A stretch of DNA of 64,000 nt from Pseudomonadota bacterium. Its GTDB lineage: Bacteria; Pseudomonadota; Gammaproteobacteria; JAKAQQ01. Both the position numbers and the translations under genes were made by a program. Where the stretch lies: the NCBI GenBank assembly GCA_027320085.1, contig DAHVLZ010000009.1, positions 1 to 64,000 of the forward strand, in the 5' to 3' direction. The notes under the pieces were generated by a model. It saw nothing but the letters and a program-made list of their open reading frames with translations. It ran no database searches and was not told the origin of the DNA. Position 1 is the stretch's first letter. The number at the start of each line of letters is the position of its first letter. This document shows positions 1 to 8,406 of the stretch, piece after piece.

Positions 1-513
1 CCGCTTCAGGTTGCGCGCCCAGGGGTAGCCGTTCGCCTCGACGATGAAGGTCGGCTCGCGCACGAGGTGCGCACCACAGAGCCCGTGGCGGCAATGCGCA
101 TAGGAGAGGTGGGAGGCCCAGCAGTCGTGCACGATCGCCCCACCGTGTCGCGGGATGAGGCCGATGGCGGTCATCGCTTCCAGCCCGCGTTTCTCGTGCA
201 CGAACTTCAGGGTGATATCCCCTGCCGGGCAGACGTGGATCCAGTGGTTGTGCTTCTCGACGCGGAGGGAGGTCTCATCGCTGACCGCGCGCTCGTCCTT
301 TTCGGTCCGGGAGGAGGGCTTGCTGGAGTTCGCGTTGGTCTTCGGGGTGTTCCTCTCCATGAACACGGCCATCAGCACCCCCATCAGCATCAAGAGCGAC
401 TCGATCGGGGCGCGGCTCTCGGCGCCGACCTTCCCGTCGCCGGACAGTTGCCCGAAGCGCTCCTGGAGCGCCCCGAACTCCTCGCGCAGGGATTGCCGGT
501 TGACGCCCGGCAT
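1..513 (-). pseudogene. IS66-family transposase, internally deleted, runs off the window edge
   Basis: Manual translation from ATG 513: MPGVNRQSLREEF...NANSSKPSSRTEKDESAVS-DETSLRVEKHNHWIHV...KRG..AM...IVHDCWASHLSY...HGLCGAHLVRE. The NSSKP motif sits directly next to the catalytic DET. Confidence 0.75.
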
Positions 514-531
514 GAAACCAAACCGGCCGGA

Positions 532-1161
532 CTACTCGCCGGCCTCGACCGCCATCAGCCCCGAGAGCACCGCCAGGCGCTCCCCCGGCGGCAGGCCACG
601 ATAGCGCCCGGCCCAGCTCTCGGCTTTGCGCTTGATGCGTTGCCGGTCGGTGTGATCCTTCCCGGCGTAGCGCGCCCCATGCACGCGATCGGGGGTGAAG
701 TTGAACCCCACCTGCCCGGTGCGCACCCCGCCCTGGTTCATCACCTGAAGCGAAAGGCTCCGCCAGCCGGCCAGCTCCTGCTCGTACAGCGAGGACGGAT
801 AGCCCGAGAGCATGACCGGACAGGGCAGCGTTTTGAGCAACTGAAGCAGCTCGAGATGATCGCGCGCCTCGTACTCGAACCGGTAGCGCCGCTTGCCGTT
901 GCGCGTCGCGTGCAGGTACGGCGGATCGCAGTAGACGAGCTCCCGGCCCCGATAGTCAAAGTCCGAAAGGAACCGGTGCGCGCAGCCGTGCACCCGCTCC
1001 ACCGGATAGTCGCACTGGAATCTCTCGAGCGCGCGTTGATTGCGGCCGATGCCGATGTTGCGCAACGCGGGGAGCTTGCGCTTCATGATCGCCCCACCGC
1101 CCAGATGACCCTCGATAGAGGTCTCGTGCGGGGGCATCAGCGCGATGATCGCCTGACACAA
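532..1161 (-). CDS. D12/Dam-class DNA N6-adenine methyltransferase (native start possibly lost)
   Basis: YCDPPY (motif IV) and IEGHLGGGAIM (motif I). YFGSKATSG continues in frame upstream to 1188 with no ATG before the TAA at 1204-1206. Confidence 0.75.
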   Translation of the reverse strand: MCQAIIALMPPHETSIEGHLGGGAIMKRKLPALRNIGIGRNQRALERFQCDYPVERVHGCAHRFLSDFDYRGRELVYCDPPYLHATRNGKRRYRFEYEARDHLELLQLLKTLPCPVMLSGYPSSLYEQELAGWRSLSLQVMNQGGVRTGQVGFNFTPDRVHGARYAGKDHTDRQRIKRKAESWAGRYRGLPPGERLAVLSGLMAVEAGE

Positions 1162-1290
1162 CCCCGACGTCGCCTTCGATCCGAAATACGCGCCCCTCGC
1201 TGCTTAACCCGTGCCCTCGCAAGGATTGGGTCGCAGCGTAGTGCCCGCTCTCTACATTGTCAAGCGCTCCATCAGGACAGCGGAAGCGTT

Positions 1291-1307
1291 CGGGAGTGAG
1301 TAGTTAC
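1291..1307 (-). repeat. Putative IS66 terminal inverted repeat
   Basis: GTAACTACTCACTCCCG on the minus strand; partner repeat not visible in the window. Confidence 0.55.
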
Positions 1308-1362
1308 ACCTCAGGTTACACGACCGCTTGACGGGTCGTTACATATCAGCAGCCTGTCGGAC

Positions 1363-2358
1363 GGCGCGCTCAGAAATGAAGTGCAACACCTGCGGTCCAA
1401 CGGGTCCGGAGGTGATGGATGGGCGGAAGATACAGTCAGTTGAGTGTGGATGAACGGAACCCGTTGCAGGGAGGACTGAATGCCGTGGAGAGCATGAGGG
1501 CCATGGCCAGGGTCATGCATCGCCGTCCGGGCCCGCTGAGTCGGGAGTGTCGTCGGGGTGGTTCCAGGGAGAGTCAGGATGCTGTCCGGGGTCGGGAATG
1601 GGCCGGGCGGCACCGGCGGCGAGGCCCGCGAAAGCTCGTGCCGGGAAGCCCCTTGACGGAGCAGGGGCGGGCGCTGATTCTGGAGCGGGCCGGGTCACCG
1701 GAGCCGGTTGCGGGGAGGCTCCGCGTGGAACACCCGGAAGACACCGGTCGGCGAGTCTCTCACGAGACCCTCTACCCGTCCATCCATGCACACCCGGCTG
1801 GAGAGCTCGAGAAACGGCTCGTCGACGCCTTGCGGCAGGGACACCGGAAGCGTCAGCTGCGGGGTCGCGGCCAGGACCGCCGGGGCGGCATCCGGAACAT
1901 GCGCTCCCTCCAGGAACGGCCGGCCGGGGCGCAGTCCGGGGAGATTCCCTGTCACTGGGAAGGCGACCTCATCAAGGGGGCTTGCAACGGGAGCGCCATG
2001 GGCACCCGGGTGGACCGCCGCACGCGTTTCGTCATCCTGGCCAAGAGGTGGTGGACGCTTCCGCCGAAGCGGTGCTGGAAGGCTTCACCCGGCGCCTGCG
2101 CACGCTTCCCGATACCTTGCGGAAGACGCTGACGCATGACCAGGGACGAGAGAGGGCGCGACAGGAGGAGCTGGAGAAACGCACGCGCCTGCGGGTCTAC
2201 TTTGCCGATCCACACAGCCCCTGGCAGCGACCGACCCATGAGAATACCAATGGGTTACTGCGCCAGTACTTCCACAAAGGAACGGATCTGTCACAATACT
2301 CCCAACAGTACTTGACCCAAGTCGCCGGGGAGATGAATGATCGACCAAGAAAATCCTT
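1363..2358 (+). mobile_element. IS30-family element, degenerate and right-truncated
   Basis: GGCGCGCTCAGAAATGAAGTGCAACACC left-end-like sequence at 1363-1390, followed by an IS30 transposase; no right IR recognised. Confidence 0.75.
1419..2358 (+). pseudogene. IS30-family transposase, frameshifted near 2045
   Basis: One frame has YSQLS..ER, VSHETLY and HWEGDLIKG; a second frame continues TLTHDQGRE, YFADPHSPWQRPTHENTNGLLRQYF and RPRKS. Confidence 0.85.
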
Positions 2359-2410
2359 CGCTGCGCGCGTCGAAGCCGCCCAGGGCGCAGCAATGGCTCA
2401 AAAACAGGTT

Positions 2411-2484
2411 TGGCTGGGGGACGTGGATTCGAACCACGGTTCGCGGAGTCAGAGTCCGCTGTCCTACCGCTAGACGATCCCCCA
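2411..2484 (-). tRNA. tRNA-Gln (anticodon CTG)
   Basis: TGGGGGATCGTCTAGCGGTAGGACAGCGGACTCTGACTCCGCGAACCGTGGTTCGAATCCACGTCCCCCAGCCA: cloverleaf, GTTCGAATC T-loop, encoded CCA. Confidence 0.97.
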
Positions 2485-2491
2485 AGCGCCC

Positions 2492-2899
2492 TCAGCGTTT
2501 CGAGAACTGGGTCGCGCGACGGGCCTTGTGCAATCCGACTTTCTTACGCTCAACCGCACGGGGATCGCGGGTCAGGAGGTGGTTCGCTTTGAGACGCGGT
2601 TTGAGTGTTTCATCGTACTGAACCAGGGCCCGGGCCAAACCCAGCCGAACTGCCCCGGCTTGGCCGGTCAACCCCCCACCCGCCACAGTCGCCTCGACAT
2701 CCAGCCGATCCTTGAACTCGATCAGGTCGATCGGCTGGTGAATGATCATACGGGCAGTTTCCCGGCCGAAATAGTCCTCGAGGGAGCGCTCGTTAACCCG
2801 GATTTCCCCCTTCCCGCGTCTCAGGAAAACCCGTGCCTTGGAGGTCTTGCGACGGCCCGTTCCATAACCGAGTACACCCTTGTCTTCAATCACCTTCAT
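2492..2899 (-). CDS. rpsI: 30S ribosomal protein S9
   Basis: [44 protein letters not shown]. Confidence 0.98.
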   Translation of the reverse strand: MKVIEDKGVLGYGTGRRKTSKARVFLRRGKGEIRVNERSLEDYFGRETARMIIHQPIDLIEFKDRLDVEATVAGGGLTGQAGAVRLGLARALVQYDETLKPRLKANHLLTRDPRAVERKKVGLHKARRATQFSKR

Positions 2900-2904
2900 G
2901 CTCC

Positions 2905-3366
2905 TCAGGAAAAGTTGGCGGCATGAGCAGATACCCCGCCGATCGTCAGTGGTTTGGGAGACTGTGCCAAGTGAGGGTGCTGATCCCCGGCATAAACCTT
3001 GAGCTTCCGGATCATGGCCCGACCCAGGGGGTTTTTGGGAAGCATGCCGCGGACCGCCTCTTCAATGATCCGTTCCGGATGACGGGCCCGCATCTCCTCG
3101 AAAGTGACCGTTTTGAGCCCACCGATATAGCCTGAGTGGCGGTGATAGCGCTTCTCGTCTTTCTTACGGCCGGTCAAAAGCACCTGTTCCGCATGGATCA
3201 CGATCAAAAAGTCGCCCGTATCCACATGCGGGGTATAGATGGCCTTATGCTTGCCCCGCAGTCTACGGGCCAGCTCGGTCGCGAGACGGCCCAGCGGGAC
3301 TCCCGCCGCATCAACGACATACCACCGGGCATCGACCTGACCGGCATGCGCCATATAGCTTTTCAT
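2905..3366 (-). CDS. rplM: 50S ribosomal protein L13
   Basis: [36 protein letters not shown]. Confidence 0.98.
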   Translation of the reverse strand: MKSYMAHAGQVDARWYVVDAAGVPLGRLATELARRLRGKHKAIYTPHVDTGDFLIVIHAEQVLLTGRKKDEKRYHRHSGYIGGLKTVTFEEMRARHPERIIEEAVRGMLPKNPLGRAMIRKLKVYAGDQHPHLAQSPKPLTIGGVSAHAANFS

Positions 3367-3425
3367 GAAACCCAGCCCTCACCAACTCGCCGAACCGGTG
3401 GAAAATCAAGCAACTCGAACGTGTT

Positions 3426-3455
3426 ATCGTACACGATGGACGGGACTCGAGGCAA
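3426..3455 (-). promoter_or_regulatory. Putative sigma70 promoter of rplM-rpsI
   Basis: TTGCCT-N18-TACGAT about 60 bp upstream of rplM. Confidence 0.5.
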
Positions 3456-3527
3456 GTCACAGATCCCGCCGTTTCCAGGTTAACCGAGGCTCCGGCTCAG
3501 ATCGCAGGAACCGCCCAAACCGGGTCG

Positions 3528-4343
3528 TCAGTCGAATGCCGTAACGAAGCCTTCCCAAACCCGCCGGATCCGTTCGCGGGCGACCCGCCAGAGTACAGGA
3601 TCCCGGCTCCCAGGTCTTTGCTCGTCGAGATAAACCCGCTCCGCCATCTCGATCTGGAGTGCTTGGACGGCTGGAGGGCGACCATAGTGGTCAGTGATGT
3701 AGCCGCCCTTGTAGGGGTGGTTCACAGAGACCGTGAAACCCTCTTGGGCACAGGCTTGATGGATGGTTTCCCGGAGCCGGTGTCCCGCACTGCAGCCATC
3801 CCGGTCCCCGAGAAAAATCTCCTCCACCAGTTGTGGGGAAATCCGGTTCGGGAGTGAGCTCACACTATGCAGATCCAAAAGAACAACCGCACCGAAACGC
3901 CGTTGCCACTGATCGAGCAGAGCCGCGAGACGGTCATGATAGGGTTGCCAGACCCGAAGCCGGGCCTCCTCGATCCACGCGGTATCCGGGAGTTCCGTCC
4001 AGACCGGATCGCCATCGAAGGTCTGGGTCGGGACCAGGCTCGTCTCGAAGCGTCCGGGGTAAAGGGACTCGCCCCCGGGCGGCCGGTTGCAATCGGCCAC
4101 AAAGCGGCTTTGCGTGGCAATCAAGGTAACAATGCCCAGTTCCGGCAAGAAATCGTAGAGCTCGTCGAGGTACCAGTCAGTCATGGGCAGTTCGGCGATC
4201 CGGCTCGAGGCAAAACGGGTGGCGATGGTCTGTGGAACCGCAACCCCCGCATGAGGGATTGAGGCTACGATGGGCCGGAGGGGTTCTTGGGCCGGGCGCA
4301 GTCGCCAGGGTTCTCCCCCAAGCTCGATCCTGAAATCACCCAC
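3528..4343 (-). CDS. hutG: N-formylglutamate amidohydrolase
   Basis: SIPHAG, TDWYLDELYDF, SRFVADCNR, WQPYH, DLHS, PYKGGYITDHYG, ALQIE. Confidence 0.9.
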   Translation of the reverse strand: MGDFRIELGGEPWRLRPAQEPLRPIVASIPHAGVAVPQTIATRFASSRIAELPMTDWYLDELYDFLPELGIVTLIATQSRFVADCNRPPGGESLYPGRFETSLVPTQTFDGDPVWTELPDTAWIEEARLRVWQPYHDRLAALLDQWQRRFGAVVLLDLHSVSSLPNRISPQLVEEIFLGDRDGCSAGHRLRETIHQACAQEGFTVSVNHPYKGGYITDHYGRPPAVQALQIEMAERVYLDEQRPGSRDPVLWRVARERIRRVWEGFVTAFD

Positions 4344-5688
4344 GGGTCACTTCCTCGCGCAAGCGCGTGATCCAGCCACCCGCTTCCCTCCGGATCGTCT
4401 CATACCGACCAGAATCGATCGGCCACCTGAGCTCCCCACCGATGTAGACCCGCCGGACGCTCTCGCGCGATCCGCCCAGCAGAAAGGCATCAAACCCAAG
4501 CTCCGGATCCCCTCCACCGAAAAGGGAGGCATCCTCGAGCACCACGAAATCGGCAAGGCCCCCCGGTTCGATCCGGCCGACGGGGAAACCGACGGCCCGC
4601 CCCCCGCCTTGGGCGGCTTCCTGCCAGAGCCGGGTGGCCAGACCCGAGCGACCGGCCAGATTGCCTCGCTGCCGGTTGCGGAGGCGCTGACCGTATTCGA
4701 GAAGACGGAGCTCCTCCAAAGCATCCAGGCGGACATTGGCATCCGAACCAATCGCCCAAGATCCCTTGTGTGCGAGATACTCATCCGCCGCAAATAGTCC
4801 ATCGCCCAAATAGGCCTCCGTGATCGGACAGAGCACCACATTCGCGCCCCGCTCGACGAGCAGGGCGCGTTCAGCAGCATCAGCATGAGTCGCATGGACC
4901 GCCTGGAGTCCTGTTCTCACGAGCCCGAGCCGGTCCAGATGGGCGATGGGTCCGACCCCGTAGGCGGAGCGGGACTGGACCACCTCGATTTCCTGTTCAG
5001 CTACATGGATATGAAACAGACCCCCCGCAAGCTCGTCGGCCAAGAGACCACAACGGACCAAGGAATCGGGCGAGACGGCCCGGATCGAGTGGGCCGCAAT
5101 CGCAATCGGTTGGCCCGCGAGCGTCCGGGCATAGTCTGTAAAGGCCGCCGGTGACGGATGGGTAAACCGCATCCGTTGCACCGGCTCGAGAGGTTGATCG
5201 ATCCCTCCCCGCTCGTAGTAAGCGAGAACCAGCCGCTGGCGGATTCCGGAGGTTCGTGCCGCACGGATCACGGCTTCGGCCATATCCGTGCCGGGGGTTC
5301 CATCCACCCCGTGGTGGAGGTAAAAAAACTCGGCGACGGCCGTAAATCCGGCGGCCAGCATCTCCGTGTAAGCGAGGACCGCGAGCGACTCCAGCGCATC
5401 GGGCTCGAGCTTCTCCGCCACCCGGTACATGATCGCGCGCCAGCTCCAGAAATCATCCGCACCCCGCGCCTTTTCTCCCAGACCGACCAGTGCCCGCTGG
5501 AAGGCATGGCTATGTCCGTTAGGCATGCCGGGGAGGGCCATCCACCCATCCCAGGGCCCACTCGCCGGGGCGAAATCCGTGATCCGACCCTCCCCATCGA
5601 TTCCAATGGACTGATCCCGAAGCCAGCCTCCGGATGTGAGAACATAGCGGAACGCGAGCCGCCGTCCGGGAGATGCCTGTTCACCCAT
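4336..5688 (-). CDS. hutF: Formimidoylglutamate deiminase
   Basis: PGMPNGHSHAFQRAL, FWSWR, AEFFYLHH, HIHVAEQ..E, LCPITEAYLGDG, IGSD. Start placed at ATG 5688 (MGEQ...). Confidence 0.92.
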   Translation of the reverse strand: MGEQASPGRRLAFRYVLTSGGWLRDQSIGIDGEGRITDFAPASGPWDGWMALPGMPNGHSHAFQRALVGLGEKARGADDFWSWRAIMYRVAEKLEPDALESLAVLAYTEMLAAGFTAVAEFFYLHHGVDGTPGTDMAEAVIRAARTSGIRQRLVLAYYERGGIDQPLEPVQRMRFTHPSPAAFTDYARTLAGQPIAIAAHSIRAVSPDSLVRCGLLADELAGGLFHIHVAEQEIEVVQSRSAYGVGPIAHLDRLGLVRTGLQAVHATHADAAERALLVERGANVVLCPITEAYLGDGLFAADEYLAHKGSWAIGSDANVRLDALEELRLLEYGQRLRNRQRGNLAGRSGLATRLWQEAAQGGGRAVGFPVGRIEPGGLADFVVLEDASLFGGGDPELGFDAFLLGGSRESVRRVYIGGELRWPIDSGRYETIRREAGGWITRLREEVTRG

Positions 5689-6871
5689 GTTTGATCTCGT
5701 CATCGACAATGTCCGGATCTGTTCCTGCGAACAGGACCTCTCCTGCCGGCCCGAAACCGCCATCGGAGTGAAAGACGGACGAATCACCGCCTTGAATCCC
5801 CCTCCCGAAACCCGCCGCCGACGGCATCTCGACGGACGCGGCCGGCTGCTTCTCCCAGGATTCGTGGATTGCCACACGCACGCCATTTTTGCGGGGGACC
5901 GGCTCGATGAATACCTGGCCCGTCTTTCCGGTCAGAGCTACGAAGCCCAGAACAAGGCGGGCGGCGGAATTTTCCACACGGTCCAGGCCACCCGCCGGGC
6001 AACGCTCACAGAACTGATCGATCTCGGGGTCCAGCATGCGATTCCGCTCATTGCCGAAGGGGTGACGACGCTCGAGGTCAAAAGCGGATACGGACTCGAG
6101 CGTGAGACCGAGATGCGCCTGCTCCAGGCTGCCCAGGCACTCGGCCCCATCCTCAAAAGCCGTATTGTACCGACCTTCCTCGGCGCCCACCTCCCACCCC
6201 CCGGAGAAGATCCGTCCCGCTATCTTGAGCGGGTAAGGGACGACATGCTGCCGGCCTGCGTCGAATCCGGCCTCACCCGTGCCGTCGACATTTATGTCGA
6301 TGCCATCGCCTTCGGACCCGAGCACCTTGACCGCCTGTTCGACAAGGCCAAAACCCTCTCCTGTACACTCCATGCCCACACCGACCAGCGAACCCGGCTC
6401 GGCGCGACCGTCCGGGCCGCGGGCTGGGGGGCGATCTCCTGCGACCACCTGGACGAAAGTGGCCCAGACGATGTCGCGGCACTCGCACGAAGCGGAACCA
6501 TCGCCGTGCTCCTGCCGACCGCGGCCCTGTTTTTAGGGCAGTCCCAAAAACCTCCCGTGGACGCGCTGCGAAAAGCGGCGGTGCCGATGGCCATTGCCTC
6601 TGACCTCAACCCGGGAACCGCGCCGGACCCGAGCCTGCTCCGCGCCGCCCAGGAGGCGGTCCGGCATTTCTCGCTCACCCCGACTGAGGCGCTGCTCGGG
6701 ATTACCAAAAACGCGGCCCGCGCCCTGGACCCTCATCCGGATTTCGGAACCCTCGCGGTGGGTCAGAGCGCCGACTTCAACCTCTGGGACCTGGGCCGGC
6801 CGGAATCCCTGCTCTACGCCCCGGGGGGATACCGTCCGGTTATGAGTTTCTATCGGGGAGAAAGACGATGA
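5687..6871 (+). CDS. hutI: Imidazolonepropionase
   Basis: PGFVDCHTH, GGGIFHTVQATR, EVKSGYGL, TFLGAH, SDLNPGT. Confidence 0.95.
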   Translation: MFDLVIDNVRICSCEQDLSCRPETAIGVKDGRITALNPPPETRRRRHLDGRGRLLLPGFVDCHTHAIFAGDRLDEYLARLSGQSYEAQNKAGGGIFHTVQATRRATLTELIDLGVQHAIPLIAEGVTTLEVKSGYGLERETEMRLLQAAQALGPILKSRIVPTFLGAHLPPPGEDPSRYLERVRDDMLPACVESGLTRAVDIYVDAIAFGPEHLDRLFDKAKTLSCTLHAHTDQRTRLGATVRAAGWGAISCDHLDESGPDDVAALARSGTIAVLLPTAALFLGQSQKPPVDALRKAAVPMAIASDLNPGTAPDPSLLRAAQEAVRHFSLTPTEALLGITKNAARALDPHPDFGTLAVGQSADFNLWDLGRPESLLYAPGGYRPVMSFYRGERR

Positions 6872-8406
6872 AAAGCGAAATCCTCGAGGGTGGACAACTG
6901 AGCCTCCCCACCCTGCGAGCCTGGGAAACCAAGCGACCACAACTCGCACTCGCGGATACTGCCCGCCGACACATGGAGGCAAGCGCTGCCACCGTGAGCC
7001 GTCTGGCCCAGTCGGAACGGCCCTATTACGGTCTCAATACGGGATTCGGCGCACTCGCCAACCGGCACATCGGCAACCGCCGGATCGAATTGCAGTACAA
7101 CCTCGCGCGCAGCCACAGCACGGGGATCGGGCCCGCCCTCGCCCCGGAGCTCGTGCGACGCATTCTCCTCCTCAAGGCCAACAGCCTAGCGCTCGGCCTC
7201 TCCGGTGTCCGGAGCCTCGTGGTCGACCAACTTCTGGCCTTCTGGAACCACGATGTGCTGCCGGAGATCCCCGAACGGGGATCGGTTGGCGCCTCGGGCG
7301 ATCTGGCTCCTCTGGCCCACCTGGTCCTGGCCCTGATCGGCGAGGGCGAGGCCACCCAAGACGGACGGCGGCTCGAAGGGCCGGAAGTCAACCGTGCGGT
7401 TGGCTTGGCCCCTCTCAAACTCGAGGCTAAAGAAGCCCTCGCGCTTCTAAATGGCACCCAGCTGTCCACGGCACTCGCCCTCGAAGGTTACCTTTGGGGC
7501 GAGACGCTACTGGCCGGAGCAATCGCCATCGGTGCACTGAGTACGGAAGCCCTGTGTGGAAGTCACGCGCCCTTCGATCGGCGGATCCATGAAGCCCGTG
7601 GACAGGAAGGCCAGATCCGTGTGGCACGTCGCTTCCAGGCTCTACTCACTGAATCCGCAATCCACGAAAGCCATCGGGACTGTGACCGGGTACAGGATCC
7701 CTATGCCGTCCGCTGCCTACCCCAGGTTTTAGGGATGGTGGATGAAGCGCTAGGACAGGCACGTGAGGTTCTCACCCGGGAGATGAACGGAGCGACCGAT
7801 AACCCCCTGGTCTTCGGGGAGACGATTCTCTCCGGCGGGAACTTCCATGCCGAACCGATTGCGGCCCAAGCCGACTTCATGGCGATCGCGCTTTCGGAAA
7901 TCGGAGCCCAGAGCGAGCGACGAATTGATCTCTTCATGCGTCAGATCAACCCGCGGCTGCCGCCGTTCCTGGCACGGGAACCCGGGGTCGAATCGGGCTT
8001 CATGATCGCCCACGTGAGCGCAGCCGCACTCGCCTCCGAAAACAAGACCCTGGCCCATCCTGCGACGATCGACTCGCTTCCCACGTCGGCTGGTCAGGAA
8101 GACCATGTGAGCATGGCTCCTTGGGCCGGCTACAAGCTACTCATGATCGCCCGCAACGTCGGCACCATCCTCGGCATCGAGTGGCTCGCCGCGGCTGCGG
8201 CCCTGGACTGCCTGCGCCCGCTCACCACCACGCCCCCGCTCGAGGCACTCTATCGAAAGGCTCGTGAACGAGTTCCCGTCCATACCGGGGACCGCCGTCT
8301 CGACCGCGACATCCGATCCCTGGCCGAACTGGTTGTCGACCCCAAGACCTGGGCCGAACTCTGGCCCGCAACCGGAGAAGGGGATCCGCAGAAAGGCCAG
8401 CCATGA
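6868..8406 (+). CDS. hutH: Histidine ammonia-lyase
   Basis: YGLNTGFG, GSVGASGDLAPL (MIO Ala-Ser-Gly), VQDPYAVRC, SGGNFH, QEDHVSM. Confidence 0.96.
   Translation: MKSEILEGGQLSLPTLRAWETKRPQLALADTARRHMEASAATVSRLAQSERPYYGLNTGFGALANRHIGNRRIELQYNLARSHSTGIGPALAPELVRRILLLKANSLALGLSGVRSLVVDQLLAFWNHDVLPEIPERGSVGASGDLAPLAHLVLALIGEGEATQDGRRLEGPEVNRAVGLAPLKLEAKEALALLNGTQLSTALALEGYLWGETLLAGAIAIGALSTEALCGSHAPFDRRIHEARGQEGQIRVARRFQALLTESAIHESHRDCDRVQDPYAVRCLPQVLGMVDEALGQAREVLTREMNGATDNPLVFGETILSGGNFHAEPIAAQADFMAIALSEIGAQSERRIDLFMRQINPRLPPFLAREPGVESGFMIAHVSAAALASENKTLAHPATIDSLPTSAGQEDHVSMAPWAGYKLLMIARNVGTILGIEWLAAAAALDCLRPLTTTPPLEALYRKARERVPVHTGDRRLDRDIRSLAELVVDPKTWAELWPATGEGDPQKGQP

Larger units (their letters stand above)
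1..1307 (-). mobile_element. IS66-family (ISBst12-like) element remnant with a passenger methyltransferase; other end lies outside the window
   Basis: Minus strand begins GTAACTACTCAC at 1307, an IS66-type terminus; it is followed by a methyltransferase and an IS66-like transposase frame. Confidence 0.7.

Noticed and set aside
67-1299. 410-aa plus-strand ORF
   Set aside because: Antisense shadow of the methyltransferase and IS66 transposase; no recognisable motifs
2359-2473. IS30 frame reading into the tRNA as a fusion protein
   Set aside because: Read-through after truncation into the antisense of tRNA-Gln
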